NCBI GenBank assembly: GCA_026770705.1
Contig: JANJGN010000021.1
Location: 105,090,001-105,154,000, forward strand
Direction of reading: 5' to 3'
Source of the DNA: Isurus oxyrinchus
Taxonomy: Eukaryota
Length of the DNA stretch: 64,000 nt
In this document: positions 1-13,750 of the stretch, one piece after another
Layout: the number at the start of each line of letters is the position of its first letter
Numbering within the stretch: the first letter of the stretch is position 1
Program-made: the position numbers and the translations under genes
Notes under the pieces: model-generated
The model's database searches: none
Seen by the model: only the letters and a program-made list of their open reading frames with translations
Told to the model about the DNA's origin: nothing

Positions 1-3000
1 GGGTGTTTCTCCCAGCGCCTTCTGCAGGCCCAGTCTACCAGATGCAGCCTTCATTGTTCAGCCAGCTTGGCCAGCCGCTCTAGGTGACAGACATTGAAAT
101 CCTCCACCCAGAGTACATTCTGCTCCATTTATACCGCCAATGCTTCCTCAAAGTGGTGTTCAACATGGAGGACCTCTGATTCATCAGCTGAAGATGATTG
201 TTAACTGCTAATCAGCATGAAATTTCCTTGCCCATCTTCTATGTCATGAGGCTTCATGTGGCCCAAAGTCAATGTTGAGGACCCCTAGGGCAACTCCCTC
301 CTGACTGTATATCTCTGTGCCCTAACCTCTGCTGGGTCTGTTCAGCAAGTGGAACAGGACATATCCAGGGATGGTGTTTGAGGTGTTAGGTACATTGACT
401 GTTGTGTATTATTCGGTGAATATAACACTTTAAGGCTGTTGCCTGATTAGCCAATGGGACGTTTCTCCCAATATCTGCAATGTAGCCTTTGTATATTGCC
501 AAAGGATGTTTCAGGAACCTGCATATGACAATGCAAAAAGAAAATAAGGTTGCTTATAAAGAAGTTCTTGACCCTATAGTGTCTGTTCACGACCGCAGTC
601 GAAGTCGAATGCCATCCTCTAGGATAGTTTTAACTTTGGGCAATAGCGAATCAGCTGGCCATTATTCATCACTTCCAAGCTAAGCAGGTGGAAGGAAAGC
701 TGGTCTTTCACCGGCGAGCTAACTCTGAGTAACAATCCTATAAACCATGCAATGGGTTGTTTGATGTTTGTGAATTTTGCCAATAATTATTTATTGTTTA
801 GGCATGAATTATACGTGCAATAACCTATGAAGATAAACAGTCTACTGAAGGAGTATAGACCGCAAGTCCAAACCTTTGTCCATTCTGTGTTGAAGCACCC
901 TCACCAGCTCAGCGATAGCAGTGCAACTGTGTGCAAGTGCGGTAACATGAAATCAAGTACTTTAGGATAATAAAATATAAACGTTGTTTCTATGGCATCC
1001 ATACTTCCATTTACAATTGATAACTAATGTTCTAGTCATACCCTGATTGCAGTTATAGCACAATAATATTTTATGTGGTGATTGAAGAGAAGGGAATGCA
1101 AATGGCAGGGTGTGCATTACTCTGCCCAATGACTAAATGGCTAATAAGAGATTTGTTTGAAACAGTGTCACTGCCTAGACATTATAATGTGTTGATTCCT
1201 GCTGTGTGGCAATAAAGAAGATTTATCATAACCAGTTGTGGCGGGCTCCAAATCCCTTGCTGAAACCTAAAATGGTCAAAATCGTTTAGCGTCACAATCC
1301 ATTTTCAGGGAACAAAGAAAGTCTGAGATGCTAGAACATCCTAGAGTGGCTGTAGAGAAGAGAGGGGGTGGAGGGTGACTCAAGTGCGACATCACATGAA
1401 GAAGCATGAAGAAGCGTCTGCTGCTTCAGTATCAGAGGGGCATGATTTCTGCGGGATCAATCAGGAGCAACAAGGAGTTTCTCATCAACCAGGTCTGCTG
1501 TCATGTACAACAATATCGCATGAGGAATCCTAGAACTGCGGGAAGTAATGCAGAAGGTGCCAGCATCATTGTAATATGGAGCAGAATACGTGGTGCAAAA
1601 AACTGAGGGAGAAGCCAGGGCTTCCACCGAGGTGGAAGCTCTTGAGGCTTCGGGGGACAAGCTGGAGACCCGATAAAGCGTGGCTTCCAACTTCTCACTG
1701 AGTCCTTGCTAGGCCTGGCAGCTGCTAGAATGGCAGGTACCAGGCTGATGACTGGAATCACAGGCCACGGCTGCAATGGAAGCATTAATGGAACAGTTCA
1801 AGTACCAGTCTCTGCCACCTCTCCGGGCCTGCCTGGGACTCCAGCCTTCCATCAGTAAGCATTATGTTATCCGATGTGGTAGACTGCATAAGGCCTCCAG
1901 CCTAAGACCCTAGGAGTAATTCTGGTCTAGAATTACACAGCAGCCAGCATGGACATACTACAGTTCACTGCCTGGCAAGTTTCCACCATGTCCCATTTTA
2001 CTGTTCCCGAGTTTACTGAAACACGGTGCAGGGGAGCATCTATAGGGAGGGCTTTTGCAGGTGCAGAGATCAAGGGTCCCGACCCATTCTTCTGAAAAAA
2101 AGCTGATGCTTACTGAACAAGCCATATGTAAAATGTCAACTTGACAGCTCTTTTCAAAGATTCTGTCCCTCTTACTTATTTCCTACATGTTCTGTTTTTG
2201 TTTTGAAAACAGTTTAACTGGTCATTTGCCGTTTTTCTGAATTTAGAACCACGCTGCTGGGGTCTCTGGGTTGTTTATGCGTGTACATAGTAAAAATCAT
2301 GGCTTGTTTAATGGTTTAATGTATTTCTGAAACAAGAATTAGGTTATCATATAGAGGTGAATTTAATAGTTGTTTGACAGTTCAGAAATTGAGTATTGCT
2401 GCAAAAAGAAACATCCTATCGAACTTGTTCGCCTTGCACTCACCAGGAAAGTTACGGAAGATACACCAACAGTAAAGGGAACAACAATTTATACTGCATG
2501 GGAAGAGAGTTCAGGTTAGCAAGTGGACTCTGATTGGTAGAGGAGGTATAATGGACAATGCAGTAGAGAACATTTAACTGTTGACTGCCAAGTTTTACTT
2601 CCAAATTTAAACCAGGTTGGTCAACTCTGATTGGTCCAGGCGTTGCCATTCAGAATGAACAAGGAAATGGTGGTTGCCCAAGCTTTTTTTTCAGCAATAC
2701 ACAAGAGATGAATTTATATTTGTTTCCTATCATGATATTGTCCTTATTTATTGCCACTCCCATGTATCTCTCATTTCCATGGTGCAAATTTCTTCTTCCT
2801 AAGAAAAACTTGCTTTACGTTATTAAGATACATTGCATAGAGGCTGACTGCCCAATCAATATACAGTTGCCAGCGGCAGAAAAATCAAAAACTTCGATTC
2901 TACATTCAGGAATATAGGAACATAGAGGGCACAATAGCCTATCCACCTTGTTGCATCACTCGGTGAGATCATGTCTGATCTGTGAACTAGAGCATTTGCT

Positions 3001-3394
3001 TCATATCCTTTGTCATATTTTGTAGACAGAAATCTACCAATCTCAAATTTAAAATTAACGATGTACCCAGCACCAATTTTGTAATTTACGGAAGAAATTT
3101 CTAAACATCTACCACTCTTTGCATATGCAAATGTTTTCTAACTTTACTACTGAAAGACTGGCTCCAATTGTTAGGCTAAGTCTCCTTGTCCTGGTCACCA
3201 GAACCGGTGGAAATAGTTTGTCTCCATCTATCAGTTCACCTTAATGGTCTGAAAAGTTCTATCAAATCACTCTTTCTCCAAAATTTCGGGTAATATAACC
3301 TTAGTTCGCGTAACCTTTACTGGTAATTCAACAATTCATCCACCCATCCAGCCATCAGTCCCTGCGCTAATCCATCCGTTCGTCTATCAGTCCG

Positions 3395-3619
3395 NNNNNN
3401 NNNNNNNNNNNNNNNNNNNNNNNNNNNNNNNNNNNNNNNNNNNNNNNNNNNNNNNNNNNNNNNNNNNNNNNNNNNNNNNNNNNNNNNNNNNNNNNNNNNN
3501 NNNNNNNNNNNNNNNNNNNNNNNNNNNNNNNNNNNNNNNNNNNNNNNNNNNNNNNNNNNNNNNNNNNNNNNNNNNNNNNNNNNNNNNNNNNNNNNNNNNN
3601 NNNNNNNNNNNNNNNNNNN
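3395..3619. other. assembly gap (225 N)
   Basis: N run preceded by a degenerate (TCCA)n-like tract. Confidence 0.99.
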
Positions 3620-4785
3620 GCAATTCTGTTAGGAGATAGCCTTACACTGGAAAAGGTTGCAGTTCTGATAGAAAAGACACCTTTTTTCATACTTAGATGG
3701 CGATTGTCCTGCTATTCATTATCAACAGTTTTTTTTCAGTTGTTCTCACTTAAAGGTTTAAATGCACTCAGCAAAGTCAGAATCTATTTTTGAGGGAATG
3801 GAAACTTTAAACTTTCAGCGACTCAATGTCAACAACGGGCATCCCACGATCAGGAACCCCGCGTTTTGATTATTGCAGAATTGCCATTTGCATTTCCTCT
3901 ATACTGAACACCAGCACTGACCTCAGAGGCGGCCAATTGCCTGCATCCGTCTGACAATTTAATTTGCATCGTCACCAACTTTGTCCTCCTCTAAATAGGA
4001 TTGCTATTTTATTGCCAAGCAGCAGGAGGAAGTGCGGGCTCTGCTGTGCACTAAGCCTGCACCCACTGAGAACAAAATCTCGGCTGCCTATACACTTTTC
4101 TTCTGACATTTGTTACCACTATAAAGAGATAACATAAATCTTGCCCTTGTTTATTTCCATATTCCAATAACCCATTGGAACTTTCAAATTGACCTCAGCA
4201 CATTGACCAAATTAATGGCTCGATCAAAAATCACCACATTGGCTGAACAGAAGAATGACTTTCACGCTCATCTTGCGAAGTAAACCTGCAGTTTATAATA
4301 GTTTGGTCATTTCCAGCATTTCATTTTCCCCATAAAACACTTTCGAAACAGTGTGATTTGTTGAGTCTTTCTCATTAGAACCACAAGATCTGCATTCGGT
4401 TTGAGATGGCTTAGCGTTATTGGATCACACCTTCGCTGTTGCCAAACAACTCCTCCGGGAATAAATAAATATCGGGGGAAGTGCTACAGAATATTTTAAG
4501 AATTAGTGTGCACAGAACTGTAAGGGACAAATTTATGCGTAATTTCCTTCCTGTAGGTTTTAGTTGGCAGTGTATGTGGATGTCCATTTTTCGAGTTGTA
4601 GTTTTTAGTTACCTATCCAAAATACTTGTGAATAGCATGTCAATGTATTGGACTAAATCAGAACATTCCATTCCCTATCTCAGGGGTCATCAGTTATGGG
4701 ACTGCTTCCCACATTCCTATCCTAGAAATTCTTTGCGCTCATCTTGCCTATTTGCTTATCCAAGAACTCTTTCCAATGCAATGCT

Positions 4786-5085
4786 AGGGGAGGTGGCGGC
4801 TTAGTGATATTGTCACTGGGCTGGTAACTCTGGGACTCAGGTTAATGTGCTGGGGACCTGGGTTCGAATCTCCACCACAGTAGATGGTGGAATTTGAATT
4901 CATTGAATATGTAGAATTGGTGGCCATGAAGCGATTGTGGTAAAACGCCACATATAGGACATCAGACACCCTCACCTGGTCTGGCCCACATGTGATTCCA
5001 GACCCACAGCAATGTGTATGCCGCTGAACAAGGGCAAATAAGGATGCAGTAATAAATGCAACACCTGCATCCCACAAACCAATAA
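4786..5085 (+). mobile_element. tRNA-derived SINE with CR1-like 3' tail
   Basis: A-box-like tggcggcttagtga, B-box ggttcgaatc, tail gggcaaataaggatgcagtaataaatgc; related copies at ~28575-29010 and ~54010-54540. Confidence 0.7.
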
Positions 5086-5739
5086 GAATCATTTACTCTA
5101 AGGGGTATTTCACAGCTCAATGAGTTGACTTTGTTTTACTTATTGTGAGAAGAGCCAGTCTCTCATGGTGATAAAGGATTTCGCATTAACCACTGCCCGA
5201 TTTTATTTAGCCACGCTGGTGTTCTTTTCATTTCTCAGGACATCAAAATAATTTCATCCTTCCATGTCAGATTTATCTTGCAGATATCTAACTCGTTGAA
5301 TTTATTTTCCTTTGGGTGCTTATCGTTCACCGTCCCATTTACAGAATTGCAGGAACAAATAAATGTTTAGAATACACATAGAGAAAGGAGTCTCACCTGT
5401 TTTGCAAACGTAAAACCGCCTTTTAAATTGGTGATTTGAGTGCATCCGAATGAAAGGCTTCTCAAGTTTTTTGTTTCTGAGGCTCCAACCCTTCGTTATG
5501 AAGAAATCACTGACCCCCTGTAACTCAGCGTGCATAATTATTTTCCGTATAACAATTAGCTACACAACCAAATAAATATTGACTGTTATTTTTGCTTTAA
5601 GTACGCAATGTGAACTTTGTTGCTGGTCCTGAGCAATGATTAACTCAAAACCTGGGGACCTGAGCTACTCGAGATGCAATAGAAGGGTTCCCTCTGCACA
5701 GTTTACTCCAGACCCACGATCAAGTTACGAGGTAGATTT

Positions 5740-8708
5740 TAGTCAAAAGGAGAACTCGGGTCATGGATTGAAGACTTTGTGGCTTGAGGGTCTTCAATTA
5801 TCTCTACTCGGACTGTGAAAGTAGAGATGGGAGGTGGCTGGGTAGTGGCAGACCTCCCATGCCCGATCTGAAGCAAACCCTTACTACAATTTGAAAGCAC
5901 TTGTTCTCCTACTGTTACATTTATCATTCCCCATTGCGTGTCACATTCGGCACTGTCCGTGTTGTACCAAAGTTCCTCCTGCGGTGCGGGATAAGCAGTG
6001 ACGATGCCCGACAATATTGCCAGTACTGATACACCCACGACCAGGATCGTAGATCTGTGGAGACATTAACATCGGCTCTCGTGCTCATATCTACAAGTGT
6101 GCATGTATCACCTGTCATAATTACCTCGTATGGTCCATGCCTGTTCGCTACGAGTTCACCCTGACCATCACTTATTCCTCACTTAGCAGGGGGAGGGGGT
6201 CCGTTGTTGCTCTTTGGATTTGCCTATTTCCATATCCTTAATCATCTGTCGGTCTCTAACTTCCTGTATCAACTCATGTAATTGCCTACTTAATTCCCTT
6301 ATATTGTCCTGTATTTTTCATTTCAGTGGCAATAGACCTCCTCCTATAATGCCTTCAGGTAATTGCATGGCTCTTCCTGTTATCATTGCAAATGGGGTGA
6401 ACCCGGCAGTCCTGCTTGGGTTAGCTCATGGCACGTTAGAATATTGGGCTCTTCCCTGTCTCTTGATTGATGTTTTTTTTAAAGTTCAGTTCATCCTTTC
6501 CACCATCCCTGGACTCTGGGGGTGGTAAGGAATATGGAATTTCTGTTTAATTTCCAAAAGATTACACACTTCTTTAATGACTCTCCCTGTGAAATGAGTT
6601 CCCTGATCAGAATCCATCTGAGTAGGCACCCCCACTCCTTCCAGTTTACACTCTCCTGCTGCTGTCTCATGTCAGACCTCAATTCCTTAAACAACTCTAC
6701 AGTGCACCTTCTTATCCTATCTTTCAATGGCTCAGTATCTTCACTCACAGTGATGGATCTCTCTGGGAATCGTTTAACTCTGCCTGTCATCAAGGTGTTA
6801 CTCCTGTGGTCTTACTTTTTGTAGCTCGCAGGCATAGTAATATAATCAGTAATACACCTATTTAGCCTTTTTCCAACTTTCCCTTTACCTGTATCCATTT
6901 TGTGGTAAATTGTTGTTAAGTATTATTTCTCCTTACATTTCAATTTCTGAACTACAGATTCCAGATAGGTTTACCTCTTCAGTTTTTTTCTGACCATGAT
7001 CATCCTAAGATTCTCTTGAGTTCAGTTTCTCTATTGTCTTGATTGTTTAAAATGTTTCCTTACTCTTTAGGCCATATTAACTATTCCATTTCAACAGGGA
7101 TCTCTGTCTCTAGATCTTTGCTTATCTCCCCCTGTGCAGTTCCAATGCCTCAGTTGATGGCCAGATTATCAAATTCATTTCCCTTAAAACAGTTTGTACA
7201 TTATGTCCTCTTTCCCTAACTCGTTCTCCTACTTGCCTCATACCATTTTTCACATGCAACAGCTACCATCTTATCTTGTTCAGGTTGCCTGGAGAGATGT
7301 TAAAATAAGGAAAATATTCTCACAACAATTTTAAAACAGAAATCAAGCATTGACATGTTTTGCTTCCTTGTCTTCTTCTCAAACAACATCTTATTGTCCT
7401 ACTAAATTATGACTGACTTTCTTTTTGCATTATCCCAAATTCATTAACTCGGCCACAAAATGGATTTCTGCCAAACTTTGTCAAAGTCAACTTTACATTT
7501 TGGGAACAGACTTACAAATACAAAAGCTTGCAGCATTTGAATTAGTGCCAATTGTTGTCAAAACTTTTAAAATGAAAATTCCCTTTTGAGAACTTTATTA
7601 AGAACCAAAGCTCAATTTTTTAAACTTTGTTAAGAACTGTAATTTACACTATCAAAATTAAAACAATCTCTTTTTTATGTGTAATCATTTGTATCCAAGT
7701 TATAATTTCTGTATGTTTATCGACACATTCTTTATTTTAGATAGCATCCTGGTGATTCAAAAGTAACCTGTTAAATTACACTGCACTTTACATCTCAAGA
7801 TTGTCCCAAATTCAAATTCCAGTGCTTTTGGAAAGCAGATTTACTTTAATATTTAATTTATCTCTTCATAAGAAATCCATTTTTACCCATTGGAACCACC
7901 TAGACCTTGTGTTTATGACTTTTGGTTTTCTGAGGATCTTTCTGAATTTTAAGTAATTTTTTTCCCTCAAAATTTTAGAATACGAACTCGTATGTATTAA
8001 TCCCAATCAGTTTGGAAGCTGATGATGAGGGTTGTTCCCTACTGGTCTGCAAGGGGGTGGTACAAGGGTTGGTTCATCTCAAACAAAGGCAAGCTTTGTT
8101 TTATCTTTACACTACCTTCAAATTACGATTTTTGCCAGAAATCTCAACTCAAACCTTATACTCAAAACTTTGGAATATTTTCCTTTAATCTAATATGGGG
8201 CTTGCGACTCTAAAGTGCTCAACTACACACACAAAAGACAATTCAGGGAACAAAACACATTAAAGCTCACATGCAAATGCTTCATTGCACACAATTAAAT
8301 ACATAGATAAAGGTACGCATCGATACTCCTGTAATATTGAACTTAACTCTAAATGAAGCTTCGAGTAGCAGTGGGGGATTAAAGGGATCTTGAAGGCTTC
8401 ACCTATTTGGACCTTCAAACTGATGAAAGCACACATTTTCTCTGCTGCTGCTTGTCAATTGCTCATTAATCCCCTAGGGGTACCCTCTCTTTCACTCACT
8501 GTTCAGCACAAACAGCTCTTGGAACTTAGATCAATTCATTTTTTTTAAAGTTACAGAAAATTCAGTAACGGACTATCTACCTCACTTAAAACATATTATA
8601 AGCGCTCAATTCTGTCCCAATTAAAAGTTCCAGCTGCTGGGAAGCTCTCTCCTTTACTTTGAGTCCATTTAACCCAATCAGAAACATATTGGACAATTTC
8701 AGGACTGT
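5740..8708 (-). mobile_element. endogenous retrovirus internal region (leader/gag-like, integrase C-terminal half, env start), heavily deleted
   Basis: Minus strand ~6490-6640 reads GVPTQMDSDQGTHFTGRVIKEVCNLLEIKQKFHIPYHPQSPGMVERMN*TLKK (integrase core); HGPYEVI (GPY/F module) at ~6120-6140; hydrophobic env-like signal VSVLAILSGIVTAYP in ORF 5739..6038. The gag assignment is positional only. Confidence 0.75.
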
Positions 8709-11013
8709 TGTTGTCTGGCGCACTGACTCTGCCTCGCAGAGGCTGAGCATCAACTCTCAGACACTTCCTCCTACCTCTCTCTGGACCATGACCCCACCAC
8801 TGAACATCAAGCCATTGTTTCCAGGACTGTCACTGACCTCATCTCCTCTGGAGAACTTCCTCCCACAGCTTCCAACATGATAGTCGCCCAACCTAGGACG
8901 GCCCGCTTCTACCTCCTACCAAAATCCACAAACAGGACTGTCCCGGTAGACCGATCATGTCAGCCTGTTCCTGCCCCAAGGAAATTATTTCTCATTATCT
9001 TGACTCCCTTCGCTCTCCCCTTGTCCAGTTCCTTCCCACCTACATCCATAATTCCTCTGACACCTTACGTCACATCAACAATTTCCAGTTCCCTGGCCCC
9101 AACTGCCTCTCTTCACCATGGAATTCCAATCCCTCTGCACCTCCATCCCCCACCAGGATGGTCTGATGGCCTTAGTTTCTTCCTCGAACAGAGGCCCGAA
9201 CAATCCCCATCCACCACTACTCTCCTCCGTCTGGCTGAACTTGTTCTCACGCTGAACAATTTCTCCTTTAACTCCTCTCACTTCCTCCAAATAAAAGGTG
9301 TGGCTATGGGTACCCGCATGGGCCCCAGCTATGCCTGTCTCTTTATGGGGTATGTGGAACATTCCTTGTTCCAGTCCTATTCCAGCCCCCTTCCACAACT
9401 CTTTCTCCGGTACATCTATGATTACTTCGGTGCTGCTTCATGCTCTCGTTGGGACCTGGAAAAAGTTATTAATTTTGCTTCCAATCTCCCCCCCTCCATC
9501 ATTTTCACATGGTCCATCTCTGACACTTCCCTTCCCTTCCTTGACCTCTCTGTCTCAATCTCTGGTGATAGACTGTCCACCAATATCCATTACAAGCCTA
9601 CCAACTCCCACAGCTACCTCAACTACAGCTCCTCACAACCAGCTTCCTGTAAGGACTCCATCCCATTCTCTCAGTTCCTTCACCTCTGTCGCATCTGTTC
9701 TGATGATGCTACCTTCAAAAACAGTTCCTCTGACATGTCCTTCTTATTCCTTAACCGAGGTTTTCCACCCACGGTCATTGACAAGGCCCTCAACCATGTC
9801 CAGCCCATCTCCCGCGCATCCACTCTCACGCCTTCTCCTCCCTCCCAGAAACATGATAGGGTCCCCCCTTAACCGCACTTATCATCCCACCAGCCTCTGC
9901 ATTCAAAGGATTATCCTCTGCCAACTCCAGCATGATGTCACCACCAAACACATCTTCCCTTCACCCCACCCTCCATTCCCTGGCAGCACTCCATAGGGAT
10001 CATTCCCTCTGGGACACCCTAGCCCACTCCTCCATCACCCCCTACTCCTCAACCCCCACCTAGGGCACCTCCCCATGCATATGCAAAAGACGCAACACCT
10101 GCCCCTTCACTTCCTCTCTCCTCACCGTCCAACGACCCAAACACTCCTTTCAAGTGAAGCAGTCTTTCACTTGCATTTCCCCCAACTTAGTCTACTGCAT
10201 TCATTGTTCCCAATGCGGTCTCCTCTACATTGGAGAGACCAAACGCAGACTGGGCGACCGCTTTGCAGAACACCTTCGGTCTGTCCGCAAGAATGACGCA
10301 GACCTCCCTGTCGCTTGCCATTTTAACACTCCACCCTGCTCCCTTGCCCACATGTCTGTCCTTGGCTTGTTGCATTCTTCCAGTGAAGCTCAGTGCAAAC
10401 TGGAGGAACAGCACCTCATCTTCCGACTAGGCACTTTACAGCCTTCCAGACTGAATATTGAATTCAACAACTTTAGATCTTGAACTCCCTCCTCCATCCC
10501 CACCCCCTTTCCGTTTCTTCCCACTCCCTTTTGATTTTTCCAATAATTTACATAGATTTTTCTTTCCCACCTATTTCCATTATTTTTAAATCTATACCTT
10601 TTATGCCCTTTTAGTCTTACTTCACCCCACCCCCACTAGAGCTGTACCTTGCGTGTCCTGCCATCCATTCTTAATTAGCAAATTCTTTTTAGATAATATC
10701 ACCACCTTCAATACCTCTTTGTTCTTTTGTCTGTGACATCCTTTGATTATCTGCTGCTTTCACTGCTTGCTTGTCCCTACAACCACCCCCCCCACTTCTC
10801 TCCCCCCACCACCACCACCACCACCCCCCCCCCCCCAGCTTAAACCAGCTTATATTTCACCCCTCTCCTGTTTTTACTTAGTTCTGTTGAAGGGTCATGA
10901 GGACTCAAAACGTCAACTTGGTTCTTCTCCGCCAATGCTGCCAGACTTGCTGAGCTTTTCCAGGTAATTCTGTTTTTGTTTTAGATTTCCAGCATCCGCA
11001 GTTTTTTGTTTTT
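8709..11013 (+). mobile_element. Penelope-like retroelement (Neptune-type), 5'-truncated and frameshifted: RT + GIY-YIG + pLTR
   Basis: ORF 8877..9872 has RT motifs (QIKGVAMGTRMGPSYA; RYIYD, mutated from YIDD); ORF 10154..10483 has GIY-YIG (VYCIHC..C.LLYIGET); 3' pLTR. Confidence 0.93.
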
Positions 11014-11607
11014 AGCCTTTTACATCCTGACTGCTTTTGTTTTCCACAATGGAAATGAAAAATCAGGCAGCATATGAGCTGGCTTCCAATTTGTTGCTGC
11101 CCAATTTATGCAACTGCCAAATACCAATTTCACTCCCATTATCTCATGTTATAAGTTATAAGGTTATTATTTGCACTTATGGCAAGTAGTTAATGCTAAG
11201 CTACTTCCCTTAAGGATTCTTGGGGAAATAGCTTTGAGAAGTGGATCAATGGTTTAAGTGATAAGGTACAAAAAAAATGCTAAACATTCAAATGAAACAA
11301 GTTGCTATATCAAACAAACAACGTTGTAAACCAATTAGAAAGACAGGAAGACATTCTATAATTAGATTGGAAAACAGTGAAGCAAGGTTATTTTTTACAA
11401 AAAGCTGGATTAATGTCCAAAACAATCTTCCTTTGATTTATCAAACTTGGCCTTTTCAATATTTGAAACATACAGATCAATTATCTGAAATATTACATTT
11501 GGAATCTGCCAATTAAATGGAATTACGTCTCAACCTTCTTTTATATTCTAGGGCTTGTATTGTTACTGGATGCATAGTGCATTTCATGATTGCTCAATGT
11601 GAATTTC

Positions 11608-12310
11608 ACAAGAACACAAGAAAGAGGAACAGGAGTAGACCATGTGGCCCGTCAAGCCTGCTCCACCATTCAATATGATCTTGGACTTCATCTTCATTTT
11701 CCCACCTGCTTCCCATATCCCTCAATTCCCTGAGAGACGTAAAATCTGTCAATCCCAGCCTTAAAGATGTTCAACGATTGAGCATCCGCAACCCTCTGAG
11801 GTAGAGAATTCCAAACATTTACAATCCATTGAGCGAAGAAATGTCTCCTCAGCTCAGTCCTAAATGCTCAGCCCCTTATCCTGAAATTGTGGCCCCTTGT
11901 TCTAGATTCCCCAACCAGGGGAAACAACCTCTCAGAATCTACCCTGTCAAGCCCCTGTGTAATATTGAGTGTTTCAATGAGATTACCTCTGATTCTTCTA
12001 AATTCCAGGGAATATAGACCCAATTTACACAGCCTCCCAGCCCTCTCATTCCAAGGACAAATATAACGAGCCTTTGTGGTACTGCTCCAATGTAATTATA
12101 TATCTATCCTTCCTTTAAATAAGGAGACGAAATTACACACACTATTCTAGGTGTGGTCTCACCAAAGACCCATACAATTGTAGAAAAACTTGTTTATTCT
12201 TGTACTCCAATCACTTTGCAATAACGGCCAACATATCATTTGCTTTCTTAATTGCTAGCTGCTTTTTTGCATTGCTTGTACAAGTGCACCCAAGTCTCTC
12301 TGAACATCAA
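11608..12310 (-). mobile_element. decayed CR1-type LINE 3' fragment inside the Penelope composite
   Basis: Matches the CR1 3' end/UTR seen elsewhere in the window (ggagtaggccattc..., agagaattccaaa, ggtgtggtctcacc). Confidence 0.7.
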
Positions 12311-12317
12311 TATTTAT

Positions 12318-12861
12318 GGGCAGAATTTGCCCTTGATGTGCGAGATCAGCGGGGGCGGCCAGGGGTGGTCAGGGAGCCAACTGCCTCCCGCGATTGGCAG
12401 CGCACAGCAATTTTACGCCAATTAAGGCTGTGGAATGAGGGTGAAGGGGCAGGCGGGGGCAGGTGCTCAATGTCCGCCGGGTCCAATAGCGACTGGCGGC
12501 CGATTCAAGTGCAGCCTCGGCAGCCCTTGGAAGGCTGCCACCGAAGGACGTGGATGTCGTGATGGAGAGTGTTGCGGGTGGACACGACAGGCGGGAGGGT
12601 AGGTCAGTGGGGCATTTGGCCCCACATACCTCCGATGAGTGCCTCGCTGCTCTCCTGGAGGGGGTGGCAGCGCGGAGAGAAACACTTGTCCCCAGGGATA
12701 GAAGGAGGAGGCCCCCCACCCCCCACCCCACCTCATCAAAAAGGCCTGGGAGGGATCCAGGGTCAGCAGCCACAATGTGGTGAGGCGCACATGGGTGCAG
12801 TGCCAGAAGCACGTCAACGATCTCCTCCAATCAGGAAGGGTGAGTACCGTGTTGGCATGGG
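12318..12861 (+). mobile_element. PIF/Harbinger-type transposon end with Myb/SANT-like ORF fragment
   Basis: Begins GGGCAGAATTT; frameshifted peptides SDECLAALLEGVAARRETL and VVRRTWVQCQKHVNDLL resemble Harbinger Myb/SANT proteins. Confidence 0.55.
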
Positions 12862-13085
12862 TCACTTTGCTTGTCCCTACAACCACACCCCTTCCCCCGC
12901 CCACTTCCCTCCCCCCCACCACCACACCCCCCCCGCCCACCTTTAACCAGCTTATTTTTTACCCCTCTCCTAATTTTACTCAGTTCTGTTGAAGGGTCAT
13001 GAGGACTTGAAACGTCAACTTTTTTCTTCTCCACCAATGCTCTTAGACCTGTTGAGTTTTTCCAGGTAATTCTGTTTTTGTGTTT
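12862..13085 (+). mobile_element. second Penelope pLTR copy
   Basis: Matches ~10760-10985; directly followed by the TSD copy aatttcaggactgt (13086-13099). Confidence 0.85.
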
Positions 13086-13099
13086 AATTTCAGGACTGT

Positions 13100-13750
13100 A
13101 ATGGACAGACACATAAGTATTTGGGGTTTCCTTCAAAGGGGGAACCTGAGGGTTTTTTGATGCCATATTTCCCATTTTACTTAATAATATATACAAAACA
13201 AACCCCACAGAAATGAGTTACTTTTCACTTCCAAGGGACTTGAACCTCTGGGTATAATATGACTACTTTTTCACCTCCAGGGAAGTCGAACCCCTGGGAA
13301 TCCTACTACTACTTTTTCACCCCCAGGAAAGTCGAACCACTGGGAATACTACTACTACTTTTTTCCTCCAGGGGCTCGAACCCCTTGGAATACTACTACT
13401 AAAGTATACTAAATTAGTGGCCAAATTAATCTCCCAAGTATTTAAATACATGACTTATCCTGAGAGTCAGCCTCAGGCAGGCGAAGGCAGATCCCCAGAA
13501 GCCCAAATGGGACTGCCGCAGACTGAGGAGTCCTTGAACCGCGAGGTCCTAATGCTGGCGCTCCATGACTCAACTCCAGGGGTTAGTCATGTCGGTGGAA
13601 CCTCCAGAAACCGTCGGAGATTAATCACACCGAGGCATCAGTAATACATAGAAACCCCATTTATTACTTGTGCACAAGGGAGAACAATACAACGAGAGCT
13701 ATTGTGCCTTCTCAAAGCAGAATACACAAAGACTTGCTTAAAAGCATTTT
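13100..13750 (-). mobile_element. ERV 5' end: leader repeats, degenerate PBS, U5/R of 5' LTR
   Basis: Contiguous with 5740-8708 once the TSD-bounded insert is removed; minus-strand TGATGCCTCGGTGTGA (13625-13640) resembles a tRNA-Met PBS; minus-strand AATAAA at ~13660. Confidence 0.5.
13215..13400. repeat. minisatellite, ~4 copies of ~45 bp in the ERV leader
   Basis: Unit approx. tactttttcacctccagggaagtcgaacccctgggaatactactac. Confidence 0.8.

Noticed and set aside
1300-2070. Possible decayed Harbinger transposase/Myb remnant (NKEFLINQVCCH...)
   Set aside because: The resemblance is too weak to support without an HMM search.
3367-3690. ORFs spanning the N run
   Set aside because: Artefacts of the assembly gap.
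4786-4890. tRNA gene (GGTTCGAATC)
   Set aside because: It is the head of a multi-copy SINE with a LINE-derived tail.
13215-13400. Repeat array as a CRISPR or tRNA cluster
   Set aside because: Units are contiguous with no unique spacers, there is no cloverleaf or A box, and the context is eukaryotic ERV leader.
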